A DNA stretch of 64,000 bases from Marsupella aquatica (lineage: Eukaryota; Plantae; Marchantiophyta), in contig OZ316898.1 in assembly GCA_973895155.1 (NCBI GenBank), positions 19,913,292-19,977,291 on the forward strand. Reading direction: 5' to 3'. The number at the start of each line of letters is the position of its first letter. The first letter of the stretch is position 1. The position numbers and the translations under genes are program-made. Shown in pieces: positions 1 to 12,170 of the stretch. The notes under the pieces are model-generated. The model searched no databases. It saw only the letters and a program-made list of their open reading frames with translations, and was not told the origin of the DNA.

Positions 1-588
1 ATCAAATATGTGAGACTGGACCCTCACAGTGGTGGGGTCACAAGACCATAAAGATCGACATGGCAACTGAAGGTGAACAATAGTGTCCAGGAACGGAACA
101 GGTGATCAAACGCTCGTTCAATCATTACTTGGGATGCAAATTATGGTACACAGTCACATAAAAATAGGCAATTGCCTACACAACGACCCATAATAATATT
201 GGCGGATAAGCAGGAACTATTACCAGATACTGGAGTGGGACTGGCGACAAATCCAGGCCAACTCGTCTCAACTGTAGTTGACATATCTGATACTGTCACT
301 AACTCCACAATGGAGGCGACCGTGAAAGAGGTGCATGCAACTGGAAGTTAGCCCAACTTGAAAGATGGTGACTTCGGTATGACTGTCAGAACCAACAGCA
401 CGGTCACTTGAATGCTGGCCTTCTGGATGAGGCCTCCTGGTGGACTTAAGAATATGCCACTCAGCTTCTCTCGGTTCATGAAATACGAGGCCATTGATCT
501 CTCTCCCATCACCTTCACTCAATCCTGAGTTGACAATGTAAATTTAGTATTGAGGGGGGAACCACTTAATTTACACAGCACCCCCCAA

Positions 589-3500
589 TCACCGGGCTTG
601 AACCCTTCGATGGTCCGACCATGGTATATACTGTTTTAAGACCTGCTCAAGTTTTTCAAAGGTAACTGGCTTTGCAATGAACGAATCCATCCCGTTATTG
701 TAGCATTCAGCGACGTTCTCAGCCATGGCGTTCGCAGTAAGCTGCACATAATTCGAGAGAGTACAAGGGATTAGTCACGTCATCATTCTCTATTGGAATG
801 ACTTCTCAGAATCCGTACACGTGGTGGCTCAAGTTTCTCAGCTACGAATCCTGGTTTCAATCATTAAACATCCTCGAACTTTTTCTTTCATTCGTTCTGA
901 ACAGACATCGCTGAACTGACATCTATATCCTTTCGAAACAGATGAGCATTTTCGTCACAAGCAGCGCATACCGCAATGATTGGAGTTTTTCTCCTGACGG
1001 AGGGTCTCAAAATTGGGTCTGTCCCAGAATGTTGCACTTGCGGGACTGTCTCAGCTACTGTGTCTGAGGAAGATACACTTTGTTCCGCTACAGGTTCTAA
1101 TGAGTTCCTCGCTACACCAGTCTCTTCGAACTTACGAATGAGACGTGTGGCTTCCAGCCCATCCATAACAGGCATTGAAACATCCTGCTCCCATACGACA
1201 AGCACACAACAAACTTAGCCATCTAATGTTAACAACTGCAGCTACGAGCACGTGTAGGTGCGTCTTCGATTGACATGTCAATCAATAGACGTCCAGTACA
1301 GAGCTTGACATAGGCCAACGAGTGATTACATTAAAGAAATTTGAGTACTGGAAGGGGAGAAGCGTAAAGATGTCTCTCGGTGGTTCTTCTAAGCATCTGG
1401 AAGAGTCAGAGTAGGAATCAGTATAGTAAGATACATACCATCAAGACCAGATCGTAGACACTTCTTTGAAGAGCATCCACAGCTTCGGCTCCGTTACTCA
1501 CAACCTCCAGTGAGAGCCCCAACTTCTTCAGCATGGATTGGGCAACCACAACGTTCACATTGTTGTCCTCGGCAAGGAGAATTCTGGGAGACCTACGTGT
1601 GCTTGCTTCAACAAGGGAGGTTGTAGGAGCAGCTGTCTCAATGGCCGACTCGGGTGGAGTTGCAATTTTCAAGCTGTTAGCATGTTTCCTTGGAAGATTT
1701 GGCTTCAGGGAAGCAGCATTTGGAGACCCTACCTTTGGATACCCTCGTCCTGCCTGGGTCACCTCTGACGTTTCCAAGGCAGGAACTCGTGAACTTAAGC
1801 TTACTGTTGGGTCGCTTCTGCCAGACAAAACATTCTCCTCTCCTTTTGGCACCTGTGGGGTACCCTTCCTGTAACCTGTTAACGGAAAGATCAAAGCCCT
1901 CAGTATCCACAAAAGGGCTTGCTAGATTTACCATCCAGGGATGCACAGTCGGGTATTTGATTTCAGTGGCTATGAAATAACTGTCAGACCCACAAAATGA
2001 TAACATGATGCATCGCAATGACTTCCTACATCATGCTTAAGACATTGGGTCATTCTAAAAGCCAACTGAACTGCAATCAGGTTGTTCAGTTCATTTTTCT
2101 TATCCCCGTGTGCTTGCTCTACCGCCTCTTGCAGTGACAACGGTTTTGGTAGAATTAGTGACTCACTCCATAAGTACACAACTCCCTTCAGCAATGATTG
2201 AAAAACACAATCTGGCCAATTGCTTACCAGAAAGAGGGCTCTCCCTAAATGGAAACCAGGATCTCTTAGGATCTCTTGGACTCTGTTTGGCTTTGCCTTC
2301 GATGCCCTTTGAAGTCTTTCCCTTTCCCACAGAACCTCCGGTATGAACTACTGGTCTCCGCAGAGCATCATTGTCAAGAATTGATGCTTGATTCGTCCCC
2401 TCCTTAACAGACCGAAGAGGCACGGTAAAAGAGAATGAGGACCCAACGTACTGCTTGCTCTTCACGTCCAAAGTTCCTCCCATAAGACCAACCTGGCATC
2501 AATCGATAGAAAGAGTCAAGTTTCCCAGGATTCAACATCCGGCAATTGGAGTAGGCTGGATATCCTCAATCTACAGAACCCCACACACTCAAGTGCAGCT
2601 TAATTTCCATTCCCTTCAAAAAAAGCAAGAAAACAAATTTTTCCTTTAAAAAGCTTATCCTGGTCACAGTAGATACGTTAGGGAGGAACTTATGCGTACC
2701 AGTTGCTTGCATATTGCTAATCCAAGACCAGTGCCACCATACTTCCGTGCAGTGGTGGTACTGGCCTGTGTATACTCCTCGAAGAGTGAAGGAAGGGCCG
2801 CTTCTGCACACAAATAAGGGACGCAACATTAAGACATCAATCTGCCAGTGATTTTGCTCTCCAGTCAATGAACACAGGATAGCTATGTCAATCTGCTGAC
2901 ATCAAATCCTTAACCAACTCATTGACTCAAGAACGAGTTTGAAGTGCCACGGACAGATATTAACGCTTCTCATCTGACAATTGCAGTATGATTATTGCGA
3001 GGCCGGCTCTATTAAGATTTGCCTCATTAAATACATAGAGACAAAGCTAGCTTGCCCTTTCACCAATTTTGAAACTATAGATCATTCGGATATTGTAAGA
3101 ATAGTGATCATTTGCCACGGACTGCCTCTAAGTGACTACATGAATTGTTTTCAAGTGAAGTTCATTGAAGTAAAATGACAATATGTTTTCGAAGTTTAGT
3201 GGCGTAAGAATCCCAATATAGACTCGACGTATTTCTTCTACGACATGGACTAGTGATCCGGAGTACCTTTCTATATCTCAGAAATTTCAAATCATCAACT
3301 GCAACATCAGGAGCACTGTTTCTCTGTTACCACTCCAAATCTAAACAATCAGCTCTGGCCATGGCATTAGAACCCTTTCCTATCGAGGGGGCCCTCACAG
3401 GTCACTAGATTTCAATTTCCGTCAATCTTCTGGAGGCAACTAAAGATTTGCCAAAACATACAATCGATTTTTAAGAACAGCTTTTAAGGAGGGCACAAGG

Positions 3501-6500
3501 GACCATTTTCTGCTTCCAAACCTTAGAACCGGACATTACGTCCATGTGTACAAATATGCAGGAACATTTAGCTTTCTTGGCTCCGAGTCTTCCTGGACTT
3601 ATCTTCAATTTTCTGTTCAACTAGTTTTGGAAAGGAAAATGCACGACATCAAATAACCATGCAAAGATTTCTCCACTTTACCTGGAATCCCTATGCCCGT
3701 ATCAGTAACTTCACAGTGTAGCCAGATATCTTCAGTCATCTCGTAAGAATTCGGTGACAGATCCCACACAACAGCAGGAAATACACATGGCGGTTCAGCT
3801 TCTTCTTCAACCTTAGCATCCTCCGTGCTCTTTGCAGAAAATGAAGATGATGTGGACAGAGTCGCAGAAGAAACAGACGAGATTGAAGAGACAGAAGAGA
3901 TTGAAGACGAAGATCTTGAAATATCTGAAGATTCCCCATCACCAATCGCATCGTTTCTAAAAGATTTTCCGACAGGTTCGTTTGAATCTTGCTCAACGGC
4001 GGGACTCTGAGTACGAACCACTGCTCCTGTGGAATGACTTGAGGAAGCAGTATTTGTCAATGAGGAGGGTTCCTTCGTGTCCGTCTTCGTCATCCCGGTG
4101 CTCACACTTGGAGGAGGAGATGCCAACCGCACCTTGATTGAAACCTCTCCCTTAGAAGTGAATTTAATTGCATTACTGGTTCAACAACAAGACAGAAGTA
4201 TACGAACATCAGCATCACAGTTCTGAGGGTTCAAGTCTAGCAGGTTTTTATACAATAATGAAAATGATAGATATTCAGATAAAGACAAACATGGCTCTCT
4301 GCCACGCGGTGGTGAGCACCATGAAGTCAACATTCCTCCAGCCCTCAAGCCATTGCTTCAATTGATATTATGAAAGCAACCTCTCCTGGGCCATTTCCCT
4401 TCTGGAGAATTCTTGTGCTGCTTAAATAGAGGTTCACAGTACCTGACCAGGTTGGTGAGAACTTGACGAATTCTGAGGACATCTCCAACAACCTGCTCAG
4501 GAAGATAAAGAACGCTTTCAGAAAGGAAGCACCAGGAAAGTTTACCAGATCAGGCAAGATACCAGGGTAAACCCAAATACGACTTCTTGGAAGTGATGGA
4601 TAGCAAATTAATGGCAAAAAGTATCCAACACTACTCTTAATTTCAATTTGACACTCACGTCCTCAGGTACTTCATCCGCGACATGTGCTAACAAATTGAG
4701 GTTCTTGTTTTGATTAGCGGCCACAGCCAATTGTAGCACACGCTTCACAACCAGCCTTGGTCTGAACTTCTTGGCCTCGAATTTCATTGCTCCTACACAA
4801 CCCATGAAGTCAACATAAGTTCGGCCAAAGTGAATAATTAAGTCATGATCTGAAACAGACCCACATTTGTAAAGTATCATGAGACACCATTGCCAGGGGA
4901 TAGTGTACAGGGAATGCATATATTCAGAGAACAATCTTGTTGTCTTTCGCGTAAAGCAGCTCTGCCTAGGGTTGCGAGAGCAAACCTGATTCTGCTTTGG
5001 AAAGATCAAGTATATCATTTATTAGCTCAAGGACATGTTCACCAGAAGCGTTCATGAGGTCCACCATTGGACGCTGCTCTGCATCCAATTTGGTTGTCGC
5101 CAGCACTTGAGCCATGCTAACAACGCCGGACAAAGGTGACCGAATCTCATGTGACATTGTGGCCAACATTTGCTTTGCCCTCATTGCCTCTTCTGTAATT
5201 ATGCCAAAAAGAAGATCGACCCTCGTTAACCGTAATTCCATGGAAATGGTGAATCCTATCCCTATCCGCACACTGCACGTTGAAAATGCACTCAGTGCTG
5301 AAGTCAAAACATTGAAGTCTTCTCATATCCACGCATGACTTTCCTCTGACTACTTGGGACGCTGCTAGCAAGAACGTCACTTCAGTGCCTAAAAAGAACC
5401 CCAAAACGTGCTATCCTCCTTCAGTAGATGCATGCATATCCTACCCGTAATGACAAGTGTTCTGTGCAGTTCAGTCTCCATAGCCTTCTGCAAGACTGCT
5501 TCCTCCCGTAACACAATGAATTTCTCCCGTCGTAAAGCCTGAAGAACAGAATGCAGTCGTTTAGAAAAGGTTGTTATCATCGCACAACTGGTTCATGTGA
5601 ATGGCCTGTGTCAAACTGCAAGTAGCGTCACGTAAGTCTAAAATGTGCAGATAGTCAAGTTTTTTATCCACCCATGAGTAATTATATGCAAGAATTCACT
5701 TTTGCGGCCAGATGGCACGAGAGACTGGAATCACACTTCCTCAGTGACGTCCACCGAAACGTAATTGACACCCAATGTTTCCCCTGACTTGCTGATGACA
5801 GGATGTGCGTGAACCAGGAAGGTTTTGAAGCCGAACAGGTCCACGCGAAACTCGAATTCACGCTGCATGGGTCTACCCGTTCTCATGACCTCCCTTTTCA
5901 TTTCCATGCATTCCTCCACCCCAACCCCAGGGCAGATCTCACTATCTGTTTTACCCAAGATCTCCTGCAGCGAAAGAACCACCCTATTTCAGTTTCACCA
6001 TCACACTTGAAACTCTTGTCTATTCTTGGGTCTTAGATTAGTGATGTAAATTACATATGCACCTTGCACCTTGCACTTCAGGGGAAGAATACAGTATTAC
6101 TAGTCGTTAGCTATCACTTAGGATGTGTTCAAGCCAGTAGTCCTGACTTCGTGGAATGAAACAAAACATTAAAAATGATCTTCTCGCCCAACGCTGGCGT
6201 TTAGCATGCGGTACTCTGAATACGATGGACTGTCGTACCTCTTCTGAGAGTCCTGGATGAGGATTGAAAATAAATCGATATCGAAGTTGTGAGTCCTGAA
6301 AAACAAGGGAAAGAACCATGAGTTACGGTGCTGAAAGAAAGACAACATTCAGGGGAACCAATGACAACTGGACATTGCGTATCACATGAAAACATAAACA
6401 CATATGAATATCAAATGCAATTCAGAATTTCAAGACGTTCCACTGGAACCAAGTTAAGTTGCTTTTTGGAGATGTTGTCCTAAAGCATTGCGCAAATGAC

Positions 6501-8314
6501 AGCGGCCTCATACGAATATCAAATGCATCTCAGAATTTCAAGACCTCCCACTGGAATCAAGTTAAGTTGCTGTTTGGAGTATGTTGTCCTAAGGCATTGC
6601 GCTAATGACAGCCAACTCATATGAAACCAAACGAGCACGTATGGCGCGGATACCTGATGAGCTATTATGACAGGTGCTTTCCCCAGGGTAAAATGTAAAA
6701 AGTTGTCCAATCGATGCAAATTGTCCCTCAGTTCTTCCAGGGGCACCGGCACAGCACCTTGCGCTCCACTTTCTTGTAACTTGCTCAGAAGATCCTGTTC
6801 TCTGTGCAAGCTTTCTGCCAAAAGCTGTCCCATTTTCTTGGCCTGGTCCTTCCAATACTCTAGAGAATTTTCAGTCTCATCTACCAACGAACTGCCCATG
6901 CTTCCCACTGAGGAACTTTGAGAACTCGTCGCCCCCGAAGTGGAGGTGTCGTCTTCCTCCATTGGGCATATAGGCTCCCCGGCATCTCCCTTCGGTTCCA
7001 ATGCACTGACAGTTGACCTAGGGCTCCAATGTGCCTCCATGATTGACCGATGCTTGCGCTCCGCCTTGTACCCCACACCCAAAGGCTATGTGAGTTGAAA
7101 ATGGCCAAGGTCTCACATTGCTCAAGATAAATTCACACATCTGCTGAATCACTGATTTCTACGAACCCACTTTGGCTTCCTTGTTCCTTGGTTTAAGCTT
7201 GCCAATCCCTAAACGGACGGATCAATCAATCTAACTCTCCCTTACCAGATGAACCTTAAAAAGCTGAATCCTAAGAGACGGCTCTTGCCCGTCAGCATTG
7301 TCCATCGATCAAAAACGTACTTGACTGTGTTGTCTTCTAGTTTGCATCCACCCATTTTCAATGCGTCATTGCACCTTTTGTGTGGAATTTGGGAAAGAGG
7401 GTGCCGTGAGGTAACGGTGTGAAAGAATGGGCATGCAACATTGAAAGAAACTACAAAAAGACAAGACCACTAACAGATTTAAAGTAGTGCGATCGCAGAA
7501 ATGACTTCCATCTTGTGATTGAGCAGAATTGACTACTGGTGATGGTTTTTTCAAGCAGGGATGGGTGGGCGCCAATCCACATACGACTACAGAGGAGTTG
7601 ACATCCTCGGTAAACTTGCAGAGACACCAAAAAAGGGGAGCCATCCGGCAAGAGCATTCCCGCATAATCACTACTTAGAGGGTGTTAAAAGCTCTGTAAC
7701 TGCCATCTACGACATTATAGCACAGATTCTAAACCCTGCTTTGTGGCATGAAGTCCACCGAACGACATGGCGCTGCGATGGATAAGAGTAGCTCTCTGAT
7801 CCAGGGCGAAACCCAACATGAGCAACCATTCGAATAATTGTGAATTAAAAGTTTTCCTACCTACCCAGCATGAGCAACCATTCGAATAATTGTGAATTAA
7901 ACCTTTTCCTACCTTCCTTATGTTATTTCGTTCGAAATTACAGTAACCACCGCATTATGAATGCATCCGGGAACGAAAGAACCAACCCACCTCCAATCTC
8001 TGTGTGTCGAGCACCTCCAGCTGCTGCCGCAGAAGGTGGACCGTAATTGCTTGCCTCCGCTCCCATTGACTTGCCAGCGATGCCATCTGAAAAGACCCCG
8101 TCTCACTGGAATGCAAAAGCTCTAACAGATGGTCTGGATCTCCAAATGCCTTTTCTCTCATGATAAGGTCGTCCTGAGGGACTCTCTGCGGATCGTAGTG
8201 GTGAACTTGGTCTACCGCAGAAAGCGCCTCCCACGATTCTGGCCACATAGGAGCCATCCTCCGGCGTTTTGCAGCTTGCAGGTCTTCCTCGGCAACATCC
8301 ACCTGTATTCTCAT
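589..8314 (-). CDS. Hybrid histidine kinase, AHK5/CKI2-like (coiled coil - PAS-like - HisKA - HATPase_c - receiver), 14 exons
   Basis: Phase-consistent GT-AG exons: 7991-8314, 6654-7064, 6239-6295, 5737-5964, 5445-5538, 4986-5192, 4659-4792, 4443-4492, 3682-4175, 2700-2803, 2228-2492, 1439-1875, 972-1184, 589-741. Motifs: H-box [13 protein letters not shown]; N-box [21 protein letters not shown]; G1 DTGIGIP; G2 [14 protein letters not shown]; receiver [35 protein letters not shown]. The N-terminal MWPE..QWE..LLRQQL segment resembles AHK5, and no transmembrane segment is seen. The exon 2 acceptor is the least certain junction. Confidence 0.93.
6406..6621. repeat. ~108-bp diverged tandem duplication in kinase intron 2
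   Basis: gaatatcaaatgca...cactgga..caagttaagttgc..tttggag..tgttgtccta..gcattgcgc.aatgacagc occurs at 6406 and 6514. Confidence 0.85.
7811..7915. repeat. 52-bp tandem duplication in kinase intron 1
   Basis: catgagcaaccattcgaataattgtgaattaaa occurs at 7817 and 7869. Confidence 0.9.
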
Positions 8315-8338
8315 CTATTTGGCGATAGCGGAAGCCAT
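8315..8338 (-). promoter_or_regulatory. 7-codon in-frame uORF (MASAIAK*) whose TAG directly precedes the kinase ATG
   Basis: Minus strand reads ATG GCT TCC GCT ATC GCC AAA TAG ATG AGA ATA CAG. Confidence 0.5.
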
Positions 8339-11149
8339 TCAGAAGGCCCCCTTCACGTGTCACTAGAGCTCAAGCGGAGGGAGGGGAGGACGCGAGCACG
8401 CACTCACTAGCGACCAGTCAGTACTCCGAAACCAGACAAAACAATTCACAACACCGTGCTCCGAGATTGGAGTGTTGTTCAGGCGCATCATCGCCAGGTT
8501 CCAAGCTAATATGTTAGTGAAATAATCTTGTACCGCATATCGTCAGTACAGTACAGTCGTTGGACTGCCTTCCTTCACCTCGTTGGACTGCCTTCCTTCA
8601 CCTGAGAATAATTTCACACTCTACTACAGAACTAATATCTACCCAATCATGCATCATCATCATCGTCATCCTCTTAAAACCACTGTCGCAGCCCTCCTTC
8701 ATTTCCTCGCCTTTGTAAAGGCCTGGTATTCACCTTCTTGCTAGACAACCTACGTGTAGTAACATCCTGCCATACCAGCTGCTGTTTCGCCATCAAGCCA
8801 TCCACACAGTAGTACCGGGCCGAGAACCTCGTTGCCAAGCCCATGGAAGGAAACCACTGCTCTGAACATGTCCCCGGTGCACTTTCTGTACCCTTTCATT
8901 TGAGGCCCCTCCGACTGTTGATAACCAATCTCGGAGTCCTCCTCCTTGCTCTGTTCCCTTCCTCCCTTCCTTCCTTCTTTCCTGCCTACCTGCCTGACTG
9001 GCTGCCTGCTCACACGGAGACTGTCTGTGCAACAACCACTGATCATCTAAACTTCCTCCTTTCCCCTAATTCCCGATTCCACCCTTGGATCCCCCAAAAC
9101 CACAAGTAAGTCCGAGAAGGGAAGACCCTTTTCACAACCTCGTGCTCCTCCTATCAAAAGTTGCCCAGATTTACTCTCTTTCAGCCACCTCCTGGCCTCC
9201 CACCTCCTGCGACCAAACCAGGTAAACCACACTTGACCTGCTCTCCCTGAACCTGCTTCACATGAAGGGAACTAAACTACTCCTCGAATGGTCGGCTATC
9301 CCTTCACTTCCTTTCCACATTCAACACCCCACTCTTGGCGCACAATTTCGCCGGCAAAAACACGATTGAGTACTGTATCATTCTCTCCCTTCCTTTCCTT
9401 CCTTTCCTTCCTTCCTTCTTTCTGAACACTGAACTCCACTGTTGAGCTTGAGCTTGCGCTTGAGCTTTGTGCTCGGCCTCCTCCTTCCTCCGACCAAAAC
9501 TCTAAAAGCAACTCTACGTGTACGATGGTGGGTTCATTTTTCTTCACCGCTCCTGCAGCTGATGACTTGACTGACTCTCTGTCATCGAATCAATCCCCTT
9601 TCCTTCGATCCTCCACTCCGAAAATCTTCCCCAAGTTGCCGAAATCCCACCCGTCGTTATTCGTTCCCCTCCCACTCTTCCACCATCTGATTCATTCCAC
9701 CTTTCGGACTCCTGCCCTGCCCTGCCCTGCCCTGCCCTGCCCTGCACCCCGATTGGCGCATTCGCTCACTGCGCTCCGCGACAGAAAAGAGGAAACCGAG
9801 GAGTTGCCCATACCTCCCCCTCCTCTTCCCTCAAACTTCGCCCGTCCTGCCCCTCCTGCCCCTCCCAGAAAAACCACAATGATCCTAGAATAATAAAGAT
9901 TATTCTACTCCTGCGCTTCTCACTGGCCCCTCACTCGTCCCCCTCCCGCTGCCCCTCACCACCGCATGTCCGCCCCCATCTGCCCGCACTGCCACTCCCC
10001 CTTTCCCAGGCTTTCCTTTCCTTTCCTCTCCTCTGCCCTGCTGCCCTGCTCTTCCCACTTGCAATTTAGCCAGCCCCACGGTACGGCGCGGCCCGGCCCG
10101 TGGGCTCACCGCCCTGCCCGCGCCCCGGAACTCAAGGGCGAAAAAATATGACTCCGGTCAACTCACGGGAAGGCAAGGCAAGGCGGTACGGTCCGTCGCT
10201 GCCGCTGCTCCCTGTCCTCGGGGCAGAGAGGATCCACCTGTAATTATTACGCCGTATTAGTTTGAGAGTGAGATGAGCGGAGCGCAGCACCCTCCGATGG
10301 AGAATCGACGGCGCTATTGGACCCGGAAGGCAGGAAAATGGGCCAGCATAGTTCTCTAATACTAAGCACTTGTCTTGATTATTCGTCCCTCTAATTGCAT
10401 CTAAAAAACAGACAACGATATACATATGTAGAGTAACAGTCCCTGATTTAAACAAAATAATTGGTTTCTCATGATTTGGAATGACGTAGTGGTTAAGTGG
10501 TATATAGTCACATTTTGATGTGCAATTATGGGGATACAATAATTATCACATGATTTCTGTTATAATTGTACAATATTATTTTTCCAATCAATACACTCTC
10601 TCCTTGCCTGGCAGCCAATTCAACCCAAGGCTTTTTTTTTGGTAAAAATGGATTTCTGACAGACATCTGGACCACCCCCCACTTTACTATCTATGGCCAA
10701 GATTAGACGTAGTGACCAATCAAGTTGTCTATTTATATATTTAAAACAGTTTTGTGATATGATTGGAAGACAGTGAGGTTGGTAACGAAAATATATCTTA
10801 TTGGATTAGGATCCAAACCTACCCTTTAAGGCTGCTTTTCACTCTAGACCTGTAGACCACTACTTTGGTTGCATAACCAAAAATTGAGGTGAGTATGCAC
10901 TGTGACTAAGGATTGAATACAAGTTTGTGAACTACATGGATTGAAGGCAAGTCGCTGATCGTGCAACCGATCAGTATTGATATTCAAACCAGGACATTGA
11001 AGCATAACTGGTGCTAGGGAGCTAGTAATGGAGCTGCGCAATGGAACAGATGACGTGGGGAATGTAGTTTTAGTCCACCGTTCATGTTCAAAGAACAAGT
11101 ATTTGGGCTAGTAAAGATTTCAATTCTTAATAAACATACTTTTCAAATT

Positions 11150-12170
11150 TATACCCAAAATTCAACCTTGGCAATAGTAAGATTCCTATGTCACCCACCA
11201 CTAAACAAATGGTTTTACTGTACTCTAGAAACAACCAACTGAATGAGCAGGAGAGCTTGCTTCTTAGAAGATACTTGGTTACGTGACATGAAGATGATCA
11301 CCAATCTGTGGTTACCACAAAACTCATAGATTGTTGAGGAGACAGACCACAACAGAGTTAGAAGCAACAGACCTAATGGAAAAGATGAATTTGCTAGGTT
11401 TTATAGTAAACTTAGGTTGTGCCCTCACTGCCATTAGTGAAATCAGATTGCAGGACTGCGATGGCTGGCACAGGGATTGAAAAGGCAGGAACCATGGATG
11501 GCACTTCCCCAACCGGACCAGGGTCAACTGTTCCCTCCCCTTGACCCAAGATGTCACCAAGCTTAACCGACGTTGGGGACAACTTAACACACCAGGCTGT
11601 TGGCAAACCAGATGGAAAAAAGGGTGGGGAGGCTGGATCATGCTAAGGTGAGGATTTTTCTTTGGCTCTTACTTAACCACGGATTTAACACAAACAGGAG
11701 GGGCAGCCATTACAAGGTTTCCGACGGAATATGCGCTAGATGCAAATTGAGCTTGGAGCATACTGAACATTTTTTCTTCATCTGTAATAAAGTCACTGAA
11801 AGGTGGAAGGAGATTCAACAATTGTTGCTTGGCTCTCCTAGCTGCCCTCCAGATCAATACCAGTTCGCTCTTTGCTGCAATTAATAATGTCATTCTGAAG
11901 CGCAAATGGAGACCGGGACCCTTGCTTATTCTGATGGAAGTATGCAATAGCATCTGGACGGAAAGGAATATTAAAGCTACCTACTCCCAATTTGTTGGGA
12001 AACACCCTGGTTGGGTTGTTCTCCACAACACCTAACTGCATCTGAAATCCATGGTGAACATTTGCCACTATGCGAAGAAATGCAAGCAGTTGAGGGCTGC
12101 CATTGAGCAACTTCAAGCCATGCTCACACCGTGGGAGAAGATTGACAGTCCGGTAAGTTTCTCATGGAGC
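11150..12170 (+). mobile_element. Degenerate LINE (non-LTR retrotransposon) ORF2 3' part, zf-RVT region
   Basis: Frameshifted translation LNRRW..WQTRWKKGW / KVRIFLWLLLNHGFNT..ICARCKLSLEHTEHFFFIC..ERW / ..IWTERN matches the CxxC-H-C zf-RVT and IWxERN motifs of plant L1 elements. Multiple stops and frameshifts; boundaries approximate. Confidence 0.8.

Noticed and set aside
8750-10151. Several 60-120 aa ORFs upstream of the kinase
   Set aside because: They derive from CT-rich and CCCTG low-complexity leader/promoter sequence and show no protein motifs.
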